A stretch of 64,000 nucleotides of DNA from Dictyostelium discoideum (lineage: Eukaryota): contig CM000151.3 of the NCBI GenBank assembly GCA_000004695.1, forward strand, positions 2,368,001-2,432,000. The letters run 5' to 3'. Below are positions 43,801 to 55,378 of this stretch, piece after piece. A program made the translations under genes and the position numbers. Positions within the stretch are counted from its first letter, which is position 1. Each line of letters starts with the position of its first letter. The notes under the pieces were generated by a model, which was given only the letters and a program-made list of their open reading frames with translations, was not told where the DNA came from and searched no databases.

Positions 43801-45313
43801 ACCAATAGGATTTGGATACAATTCAGATATTATTTTCAGTGTTTATGGATTCATTAATAATGGCGGTTATTATAGCGGATATTCAAGCGAATCACTAAAT
43901 AATTTATCTTTTATATATACAATTAATAATATAACTTTTAATAAAGTAATACAAATCACAAAATGCAGTAAATTTAATTCATTTGATAGCGAGTTATGGA
44001 TAACAGGTAGATGTTTCAATTCAACGCAACAAGTATATGTAAAATATGAAGGAGACTCAAGCTTTAATCAAATAGTACCAACTACAGTTTATTGGAGTGC
44101 AATTTTTATTAAAAATATTAAACCAACCGATAAACCATTCATTATCAAAGTTTCAGACCTACCACTCACATCAAATGAATTCACTGTCAATCCAATAGTT
44201 TATAATTTTATAGATCCAACACCAACACAAACACCAATACCTACATCATCACCAATGCCAACGAATAAACCACAAACATGTTTAGGTGAACCAGTATGTG
44301 GTGGATCAAAACAAGGTTTTTGTTCATCAAGTGGATGTATTTGTTATCCACCTTGGATTGGTAATGATTGTAATTCACAAGTTATAATTATACCACAACC
44401 ATCAACAAATACATCACAACCATCAACTGAATTACCAATTATCGATAACAATAATCAAACATCAAATAGTACAAATTATTTATTCAAATCATTGATTTCA
44501 ATTGTATCATTAAGAGAATTAGATTTTAATTCAAATCAAGTTAATTTATATACATTTGATAAATGGATTTATACACCAATTAATAATATTAAAAGTCAAT
44601 ACTTTACAAGTATTCAAAGTGGTGATACAAAATCAACAAATACATTAACAACCAATATTACTGTAACTTTAGAATGGTTCAATCAAACGACAATTATTCA
44701 ATTCGCAAATAATAATATAACAATGAATCCATCAAGTATTAAATATACAATTGAAATTACAGAATATAAATTTTTAAAACAATTAAATAGTCTTCAACTT
44801 GTAATGTCAGCATTATTCGAATCATCAACTTCCAAAGATACTTGTTCATTAAAAGTATTTGGAGATACAAGCGATGGTGATAATTCAAACTTCTTTAAAA
44901 TTCAAATTGATGATCATTCACTTTATGGTAGATTCATTAAAAGAGCAATCATCGATTCAAAAGTGTCTTCAATTGAAAATCAATTATTAGATTCAAAAAT
45001 GAACTCAATTCAAACATCATCAGTATCACAATCATTCATTGGTATTACAATACCAAACTATAAACAATCAATAATTATTGATCCAGACTTTTCAGTATTA
45101 GTAGATAGTAAACCAGTATCAAATAATGATAATAATTCAATTTGTACATCAAATAAATCAAAACTAACAAGTGCTCAACTCGCTGGTATTATTATTGGTT
45201 CTATTGCTTTTGCCACTGTAGTTATTGTATCAGTTGTTTACTTGGTTGTGAAAAACAGAAAATCAAAAAAATTCCAAAGAAAAGTACAAAAGAAATTACA
45301 AACAATTAACTGA
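40810..45313 (+). CDS. Type I membrane glycoprotein family, copy B, 1378 aa. Exons: 40810..41215, 41289..41585, 41649..41939, 42033..42329, 42468..45313.
   Basis: E1: MIKKILLIILTLVIINSFSTINNLIIGVEGQFQLYDITNQEEGAYNRYPDSTNQKICSY...ITYSCE + T|GTTTGT. E2 after TTATATAG: YIPRELMKVNVLTSNNYKFTINPYTTLIHFTGLKYQ...FYFSS + A|GTAAGT. E3 after TTATAAG: KMNVEEKDITFKIYPNQTDV...EIPGKGTTFIGY...LNVSS + A|GTAAGT. E4 after GAATAG: KNFNFTFPNVIVEPVSLPLILNSTMFSFGF...WPFGFESGQNSNYSLK...QIDN + A|GTAAGT. E5 after AAAAATAG: TINSSLLPLELESC...IDPTPTQTPIPTSSPMPTNKPQTCLGEPVCGGSKQGFCSSSGCICYPPWIGNDCNS...LAGIIIGSIAFATVVIVSVVYLVVKNRKSKKFQRKVQKKLQTIN*. All the TTG 'M' ORFs in the track are internal to these exons. Confidence 0.75.
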
Positions 45314-46015
45314 TAATTACTTAATCAGTTAATTTAATTCTAATATTTAAATTATAAATCTTGGAAAAAAAATAAAAATAAAAAATAAAAAATAAAAGAT
45401 AAAAACAAATAAAAACAGGACTTTTAATTCGAAAAAAAAAGTATATATAAAAAAAATTTTAATTTTTTTTTTTTTATTATTTTTTAAATTAATCTTTAAA
45501 AAAAAAAAAAAAAGACAAAATCACCATTAATTATATAATCAATTAGCTTGAGATAGAACAAAAAAATGGATCAAGATTAGTAGAAAGAAAAAGCAATTGA
45601 TTTCATCAACAACACCAAAAAACCAATTATTTGGTAAAAAGAAAAAAAAAAACCAAAAAAAAAATAAAAAACAAGTAAAATGAACCAATCATTTAGATGA
45701 ATGTTGTTTTTTTAAAAATAACAATAATAATAAAAGATAAAATAATAAGGGGAGTTACACAGAAAATAAAAAAAATAAAAGTAAAAAAAAAAAATAAAAA
45801 AAAAGAGGAACACTTTAATGCAAAAATTTTTACAACCGCCTTATAAAATATATATAAAAAACAATCATCAATATTTTGTTTTTTTTTTTTTTTTTTTAAC
45901 AAAACGACACCAATTTGTTTGGTAATAAAAGCGAAAAGAAATTTTGTGTCTTTTTTTTTTTTTTTTTTTCTGTTTGCCCCTTAGAATTTCAAAATTTTTT
46001 TTTTGTTTTTTATTT

Positions 46016-46048
<33 letters not shown>

Positions 46049-46214
46049 TATCTTTTTTTAAATATCTTTTATTAGCTCAGCAAATCGTAAAAAAAAAAAA
46101 AAAAGCAAAAATAAAAAAAAATGTTTGCTAAAGGGCAAGTTTTTTTTTTTTTTTTTTGTTGTTTTAATAAAAAAAAAAAAACTTATTGCAAGTTTAAATA
46201 AACAAAAAAAAAAA

Positions 46215-46635
46215 ATGATAAAGAAAATTTTATTGATAATCCTAACATTGGCGATAATAAATAGCTTTTCAACAATAAATAATTTAATAATTGGGGTTGA
46301 AGGACAGTTTCAATTGTATGATATTACAAATCAAGAAGAAGGTGCTTATAATAGATACCCAGATTCAACAAATCAAAAAATTTGTTCATATGTTTTTTCG
46401 ATTGCAATAGTTGATTACTCGAATAGTGGAACAAATTTGATGGTTTTCACCAATGACACAGATGCAACAGTCTCTCTAATCAATAAGAAAGAATATGGAG
46501 GAATTGCCACAGTTATAGTTAAAAATAAAACACCAAATACTTATACATTATTAATAAATGCAACATTGCAAAATGATCAAATTATTTATAAAAATATCTC
46601 AATAACTTATTCTTGTGAATGTTTGTATATAAAAC

Positions 46636-46680
<45 letters not shown>

Positions 46681-47037
46681 AAAAAAAAAAAAAAAATAAT
46701 TAACTTTAATATCAATTTTATAGATATCCCTCGAGAATTGATGAAGGTCAATGTTTTAACAAGTAACAATTATAAATTTACACTTTTTCCTTATACAGCA
46801 ACAATACACTTTGCAGGTTTAAAATATCCACTAAATTTGCTAAATGTTTCAAGTCCTTCAAATGTTGCAATGAGCTTAGAGGGATATTCAAATTTATTCT
46901 TTGTTGGTGTAGGATTTGATAAAAATAATTTAATATCAGAGTTTAATATATCAATAAGATTCTTGGATAGTTCAGATCAACAATATACTGTAAATATTAC
47001 AATTCCTTTTTTATATTTTTCAAGTAAGTATAATAAT

Positions 47038-47068
<31 letters not shown>

Positions 47069-50000
47069 GATATTAAAATTATTATTATTTTAAGAAATGA
47101 ATGTAGAAGAAAAGGATATTACATTTAAGATCTACCCAAACCAAACTGATGTTAAAGAATTTGGAATTAATTGTTCACCAGTTTACTCTATTACATTAAA
47201 TGAAACCATTGAATATGATCCATTATTTATTGAAGATATTACAAATAATATTCCAACTCCATCATATGAAATACCAGGAAAAGGTACAACATTCATTGGC
47301 CAAGTTCATACACAATATTCTATTTTCGCAAAAATTAATAACTCATTAACAACAATTTATAGTGATCCAAATTTAAATGTTTTTAGTAAGTTTGTTAAAA
47401 TTAAATTTAATTACTTTTTAATATATACATATATCAAAGATTAATTTCTATTGACATTATTTTAATTTTTTTTTTTAAAAAAATGAATAGATAATTTTAA
47501 TTTTACATTTCCAAATGTCATTGTTGAACCAATATCAGTACCTTTAACATTAAACTCAACAATGTTTTCATTTGGATTCAATTCAAATACCCAGTATGAA
47601 ACATTTTCATTTTATTTTAGATGGAATTTAGGTTTTCAATATATCTTTAGTTGGCCATTTGGGTTTGAAAGTGGTCAAAATTCAAACTATTCTTTAAAAG
47701 CATCATTTTTAAAACCCACATATTCGCCAAACAATTTTGGTTTATTGACCTTTAATAATCGAAATTTAAATATTCAAATAGACAATAGTAAGTATATACA
47801 CATATAAAATCATTAATATTCTAAACTACTACCGAACAACACACACACACTCAAAACAATTACTAACATTAAAAAATATTTTTAAATATAGCAATAAATT
47901 CATCATTACTACCATTAGAATTAGAATCATGTAAAGTTATATACCTTTTTGAACAATTTCATTTATTAAGAATTAAAATAAAACCAACATATAAAGAGAT
48001 TGGTTATAATCTTTTCATTCAAATTAATGATGATGATGCAAATGGAATATATAGACAAGAATCATTGGTAGATGCTGAAAATAATATATATGAAATTGTT
48101 TATGATTTTAAAGGGCGTGGTTTTCAATTTTTATCTATTGGAGATTCAACTTTTAAAAAGAGTCAAGTTTATTATTTAAATAGTTATTTTTCAATTAATC
48201 CATTTTCAGTTATAGATTATAAAGCTCCAACAATATTACCTGTTTTAATAGAAAATATTACATTTTTAAAAAATTATATTGATGTGGCAAATAAATCAGT
48301 TGATAATATAATTTATTTCAATTATAATGGTACTCAAACCCATAGTAATCCTTCAGCTTCATTCTCACTTTTTATTTTAAATAGTAATACCACAGATTCT
48401 AATATAGATTTCAATAGTTTAAAGTTTGCAACTTGGAATTCAACAATTTCAAAATATCAAATTAAATTTACAGTTCTTGCAAACACTAGACCTGGTCCAC
48501 TCAGTTTCTTTTTATGGTGTGGTTTTCGAGCAATAACAAATGATATGTTTCCTTTATCATCACAACTAATAGTTGTTTCTAAACATTTCGATGAATATGG
48601 ACCAATATTTAGTAATATTGAAAAGGTTAATTCAACAAATGAATTTGGTTGGAAATTTACAATAGATGATCCAATTAATGGTTTTGATTATGGTGATATT
48701 ATAGTGAGAGGTGAAATGGATAGTTCAACTTATAAATTCCATTTAACAACTCAAAATTTAACAAGAGGTGATAAATTTAATGGTGATTATCAAATTAATA
48801 TAACTTTACCAAGTAAATGCGCATCTCAAAATTATATTATCACACAAGTTAAATTATATGATACTCAAGGTTATTCAGGTGAATTTTCAGTAGTTAATGG
48901 AATAGATGGTATTAAAAATGTATTTATAAATTATTTATCAGATCCAACAATAAATAAAGTATATAAAACATGTAGTGGTGAAAATGATGGTATCGATAGT
49001 TCACCACCAATTTTAACTTCATTCATACCAATATTAAGACAAAATAGTGATGGTACTCAATATTTATTATTCAACTTTGAAGCAGTAGATATTGAAAGTG
49101 GTTTAAAAGATAAACAATATCCAATTGTTTACATTCAAACAATAGAAGCACAAACACTTGAATGTGTATCATCTATTATTTCAATAAACGAAACAGCTGC
49201 AACCTATACATGTACCATCAATTTACCAATAGGATTTGGATACAATTCAGATATTATTTTCAGTGTTTATGGATTCATTAATAATGGCGGTTATTATAGC
49301 GGATATTCAAGCGAATCACTAAATAATTTATCTTTTATATATACAATTAATAATATAGCTTTTAATAAAGTAATACAAATCACAAAATGCAGTAAATTTA
49401 ATTCATTTGATAGCGAGTTATGGATAACAGGTAGATGTTTCAATTCAACGCAACAAGTATATGTAAAATATGAAGGAGACTCAAGCTTTAATCAAATAAT
49501 AGTACCAACTACAGTTTATTGGAGTGCAATGTTTATTAAAAATATTAAACCAACTGATAAACCATTCATTATCAAAGTTTCAGACCTACCACTCACATCA
49601 AATGAATTCACTGTCAATCCAATAGTTTATAATTTTATAGATCCAACACCAACACAAACACCAATACCTACATCATCACCAATACCAACGAATAAACCAC
49701 AAACATGTTTAGGTGAACCAGTATGTGGTGGATCAAAACAAGGTTTTTGTTCGCCAAGTGGATGTATTTGTTATCCACCTTGGATTGGTAATGATTGTAA
49801 TTCACAAGTTATAATTATACCACAACCATCAACAAATACATCACAGCCATCAACTGAATTACCAATTATCGATAACAATAATCAAACATCAAATAGTACA
49901 AATTATTTATTCAAATCATTGATTTCAATTGTATCATTAAGAGAATTAGATTTTAATTCGAATCAAGTTAATTTATATACATTTGATAAATGGATTTATA

Positions 50001-50740
50001 CACCAATTAATAATATTAAAAGTCAATACTTTACAAGTATCCAAAGTGGTGATACAAAATCAACAAATCCATTAATAACTAATATTACTGTAACTTTAGA
50101 ATGGTTCAATCAAACAAAAATCATTCAATTCGCAAATAATAATATAACAATGAATCCATCAAGTATTAAATATACAATTGAAATTACAGAATATAAATTT
50201 TTAAATCAATTAAATAGTCTTCAACTTGTAATGTCAGCATTATTCGAATCATCAACTTCCAAAGATACTTGTTCATTAAAAGAATTTGGAGATACAAGCG
50301 ATGGTGATAATTCAAACTTCTTTAAAATTCAAATTGATGACCATTCACTTTATGGTAGATTCATTAAAAGAGCAATCATCGATTCAAAAGTATCTTCAAT
50401 TGAAAATCAATTATTAGATTCAAAAATGAACTCAGTTCAAACATCATCAGTATCACAATCATTCATTGGTATTACAATACCAAACTATAAACAATCAATA
50501 ATTATTGATCCAGACTTTTCAGTATTAGTAGATAGTAAACCAGTATCAAATAATGATAATAATTCAATTTGTACATCAAATAAATCAAAACTAACAAGTG
50601 CTCAACTCGCTGGTATTATTATTGGTTCCGTTGCTTTTGCCACTGTAGTTATTGTATCAGTTGTTTACTTGGTTGTGAAAAACAAAAAATCGGTTTTGTT
50701 CCAAAGAAAAGTACAAAACAAATTACAAAAAATGAACTGA
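46215..50740 (+). CDS. Type I membrane glycoprotein family, copy C, about 1380 aa, nearly identical to B as part of a 5405-bp tandem duplication. Exons: 46215..46620, 46724..47023, 47095..47385, 47491..47787, 47892..50740.
   Basis: Same exon/intron structure, phases and splice-site sequences as B; exon lengths 406/300/291/297/2849 against 406/297/291/297/2846 in B. The proteins differ by scattered substitutions, for example E1 ...SGTNLMVFTNDTDATVSLINKKEYGG against B ...SGATLNVFTNDTDAMVYQIIRKEYGG. The C-terminus is ...VKNKKSVLFQRKVQNKLQKMN*. The true ATG is at 46215; track ORF 46125 is an upstream alternative-start artefact. Confidence 0.75.
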
Positions 50741-50827
50741 TCGGCTTAATAAATAATTGATTTCGTCCCAACTTTTTAATAAAAAAAAAAAATTAGTTAA
50801 TAATCCTAAAATTCTCTTTTTATAATA

Positions 50828-50828
<1 letters not shown>

Positions 50829-50890
<62 letters not shown>
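50829..50890. repeat. (AAT)n microsatellite, about 21 units, just 3' of copy C.
   Basis: Direct reading. Confidence 0.9.
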
Positions 50891-50893
<3 letters not shown>

Positions 50894-51090
50894 TATAAGA
50901 TGAAAAAAATTAAAATAAAATTAAAATAAAAAGAAATAAATAGGACAACAAAAACAATTTTCTAACTATGGCTTGGGTATATACTAATATTTGGTAATTA
51001 AAATTTATTTTTATTTTTATAAACATTTTCTAAGGAATTAATAGATAGTATCATCATATTTAATTAAAATTTGAATTATTATTTTCAAAT

Positions 51091-51482
51091 TTAATTAAAA
51101 TATGGTAAATCTCTATTGAGTGGTCTAGATGGCATTATTCTAATGTCCATTACATTTTCTGAATCATCATCAATTTTCTGAGTTATACACCTTGATTGAA
51201 CAAGTTCATAATCTTCTCCATTGCATTCAACTTTTCCACTATTGATTTCAAAATTTTCATTACTCCAAAGTTTACCATCTGTTTTATATTGAATAAAACG
51301 AATAAAAAGAGGTGGTGGAAAGATCATTGGAGTTGGTAATGTGATTGCTAAAAATTATTTTTAAATGTTGGATTGAAATAAATATTTAAATAAACAAAAT
51401 TGGATATATTATTTCAATTTATTATAAATAATTTACCTTTTCCACTTATTGTTGATTCTCCATCATTATTTTTAATTATCAT
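51091..51482 (-). CDS. Small hypothetical protein of about 101 aa, two exons (minus strand): 51482..51437, 51347..51091. A degenerate tandem paralogue lies at about 51600..51900.
   Basis: Exon 1: MIIKNNDGESTISGK + G|GTAAAT. Exon 2 after the TTTTTAG acceptor: AITLPTPMIFPPPLFIRFIQYKTDGKLWSNENFEINSGKVECNGEDYELVQSRCITQKIDDDSENVMDIRIMPSRPLNRDLPYFN*. The second copy has MPTDIKITNSYNGGSTV ... QQKIPPQFWFRVIDYKLEGQTW ... GSDPNLSFILGNF*, with an in-frame TGA and a missing middle section. Confidence 0.3.
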
Positions 51483-51962
51483 TTTATATCTGTTAGCATT
51501 TTCAATTTTTTTTTTTTTGTTTATTTGATTTTTATATTTATTAAAAAAAAGGGTAATAAGAAAAAAGAAAAATTAAAAAAAAAAAAAAAAAAAAACATTA
51601 AAAATTACCCAATATAAAAGAGAGATTTGGATCACTTCCCTATTTATTTAAAAAACGATGTTAATTGTATATTAAAATCGGTTTTTTTTTTTTTTTTTTT
51701 TTTTTTACCCAAGTTTGACCTTCTAATTTATAATCAATTACACGAAACCAAAATTGTGGTGGAATTTTTTGTTGTGATCAAATTGAAGATGCTATAATAA
51801 AAAAAAATATTAGAGTTATAAAAAATTAAAGAATATATAATTTGAATATTATTATCACTGTTGATCCTCCATTGTAACTATTTGTGATTTTAATATCTGT
51901 TGGCATTTAAATTTTTTTTTTTTTAATATGAAATTGATATTTTTTTTTTTTTTTTGATTTGG

Positions 51963-51999
<37 letters not shown>

Positions 52000-52796
52000 T
52001 GTAGGTTTTTAATCTTTTTAAATTGGTTTTTTTTTTTTTTTTTTAATGTATTTATTTATTTTTTTTTTATTTTTTTATATTAAAACCAAAAAAACCACCT
52101 CTGTTTGGTTATCGAACCAAATCCAAAATAAAAATAAAAATAAAAAATGAAAAAAAAATAAAAATAGTGATAATGAAAAAAAAAAAAATAAAAAATATCA
52201 TGATTTTTGGAACGATAATTTTTTTTTTTCTTTTTTTTTTTCTTTTCACCATTTTTTTAACTTCAAATAATAAATTTAATTGAGGAATTTTATGAAATTT
52301 TTTTTTTTAATTCTAAATTTAGCTTCCTCGTTTTTTTTACTTCAAAATGATCAAAATAAAGTTTTTTTTTTTTTTTTTTTTTATTTAAATTAAACAAAAA
52401 AATAAGGGACCCTCCCTTTGGGTAGGAAATAAAAAAGAGGCCAGCTCCGCATTAAATTACTTTTGACGATGATGTTTTTATCTTACAAAAAAAATAAAAA
52501 AAAAAAATCAATTTTTTTTTGAGTTTTTTTAAAAAATTATAATTCATGACATTTGCTTTTCATTTCCATTTATTTTTTTAAAATATCTATTTTTCCGACC
52601 AAAGATTTTTTTTTTCCGACCGATGATTATTTGCACTCAAAAAAAAAAAAAAAAAAAAAAAAATTGGACCCAGGGTTGTTAATATTTGAATATTGTTAAA
52701 TGTTGGATAGAAAAATATTTTTAGTATTTTTTTTTTTTTTCATTTTTTTTTTTTTTTTTTTTTAATATTAAAAATCATTTTGTATAATTAATTAAA

Positions 52797-55296
52797 ATGA
52801 ATAAAAATTTTGTTTTGTATTTATTTTATTTTATTTTTTTAAATTATTGTAATAGTCAATCATTGAACATAACAGATATTTCAGAAGCAAATTCGTATAT
52901 AGTATATCCTGATTCATCAAATTCACAAACTTGTTCTTTTAATTTTAAATTTTTTATCCAAACTGTTAATATAATAAATTATTCTGGAAGTTCATTTTCA
53001 TTTTTATTATCTAAATCTTTTGTTTTGGATACATCATCATTTATAACTAAAGATGGTCATGCATATGCATCTTTTAATGGTTTAAATTTGCCATTAGGAA
53101 ATGATAGTCTAATATTAACATCAACTTATGAAAATTCAGATGGTATTAAAATTCAACAAAATTATTCAATATCTTATAAATGTGAATGTTTGTATTTGCC
53201 CCATTAAATTAATTAATTTAATATTTTAAAAAATTATTTAAATTGCTAATTTTTTTTTTTAAAAGTAATTGAATTTAATTCTTTGGGTTATAAGGTTTTA
53301 TTAACAAATAATTTTAAAAAATCTAAATCAGGAATGAATGGAATTATTCAATTTACAGGATTAAAAAATAAACTAAAATCATTAAGTTCGAGTGGGGGAA
53401 TTTTCAATGTCAAACCAACATTTCCAAATAGTTTTTCATTTTCTGATTATCAATTTCAAAATTTAACAAAAGAAAATATAATTTCACTTTTATTTAATAA
53501 TGGTAATAATATTACAGTAAAATTTCCATCATCATTTAGTTCATGTAGGTATTTTTTTTTTATTTTTTTTTGAACTTGCACTTTTCATTTTTTTTTTTTA
53601 TTTTTTTATTTTTTTTTATTTAAAAATTTCAAAAAATAATTAATCCTCGTTTAATTTTATTATTTTTTAGATTATAATGTTGATGAAAGCAATTCAAAAG
53701 TTGTAATTTATCCAAGTGAAAGCACAAATATAATTGAATATGGATATGACAATTCTCCACTTTATTCAGTTACAATAAATAAAACCAGTGTTGATTATGA
53801 ACCTTATATTCAAGTTAATAATGGGTTTAGCAACTATTCTCAAATAACACCAATATATCAAAATGACAAAACTGTAACATATTTAGGTCAACTTATTAAT
53901 TCAGCACCTTCAAAATTATCAATTTATTCAGAGTTTAATAATTCTTTAATAAAAATCTATGAAACACCAATTTTAAATATTACAAGTAAGTATTTTAAAA
54001 TATATCTTTATAAATGAATTTTAATAGTAATGATAATAATTTTTATTATTATAATTTTATTTAGAATTTAGTAAAGAACCTTTTGTTCCAAATCCATTTA
54101 TTGTTACATACTTTAATAGTGATGGTATTTTTTTATTAAATTCATCAATGTTTACAATTACCACATCAAATCAATTTAATTTCTTAACAACAACCTATTC
54201 ATTTGGTTTATTCACAAAAGATTTTCAATGGCCATTTGGTTTTGGAAGTGGTAATAATTTTAATTATAATGTATCCGCTTCATTTTTGAGATACAAGGCT
54301 CTCATTAGTTCACCAAAAGTTTTTACTGTTGATAAAACAAATCTAATCAACATTAATTCAAATATAAGTATGTATATAATTTATTATAAATAAATTTAAA
54401 ATAATAATTAATAATAATAATATTTAAATTTTTTAATATTAATATATATTTTTATTATATTATTATTATTATTATCATTAAAACATAAACTGTTTTTTTT
54501 TTAAAAAAAAAAAAAAAATTATAGTTGCACCAACTGTAAATGCACCAATTCTTTTAAAATTTGAATGGGTTCATTTATTTTCAGGAAATTATTTATTAAA
54601 ATTTAGGGTAAAAGATAATGGATATGAAGCATTTGTTGGTATTGGTGATGTCAATACAATTGCATTAAGATATGAATCAATGATAGATAGTGAAAGTATA
54701 GGTGATGAAATTGTATTTGCAGCAGTTATAGATACATACAGATATCCAATTGACAAATTTATTGTATTCGATAGATTGGGACAAACAGAAACATATTCAA
54801 TCGGTCAATATTATTCAGTTAATCCACTTTTAAAAATTGATTCATTTTATGAAAATAATAATAAAAATAATAATAATAATAATAACTTATTACTTATTAA
54901 TAATATTACATTTTTTAATAATTTTATCGATATAATAAATAAATCAGTTGATAATGTAGTTTATTTTACATATAATGGAGGTAGAATGGATAATGATGAA
55001 AAACCAATTGGATTTATGTTAATGGACGTAGTTACATTAGTAAAGAATAGTAAATACCATTTCAACAGTTCAACACTATACTTTTCAACTTGGAATTCAA
55101 CAATATCAATGTATCAAATTAAATTTAAAATACCTGCAAATACCCAACCTGGTCATATTCCATATAGATTCTTTATCAACTCTTATTCAACACCTTTAGA
55201 TAGTGAATTCTTACCATCATCTGCACAACTATATGTAACATTATCAAGTAAGTATCTATAATATAGGTATAAATACAATTTATCAATAGTTTTCAA

Positions 55297-55378
<82 letters not shown>

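Noticed and set aside
46125-46214. 30-codon N-terminal extension (MLKGKFFFFFFVVLIKKKKLIASLNKQKKK) of the copy-C exon-1 ORF in the track.
   Set aside because: It is read-through of poly-T/poly-A promoter sequence from a non-ATG start. The conserved ATG at 46215 aligns with the copy B start.
52400-52460. Short GC-containing near-palindrome AGGGACCCTCCCTTTGGGTAGG upstream of copy D.
   Set aside because: It is too short and imperfect to call a hairpin or element; noted only as a possible promoter-region motif.
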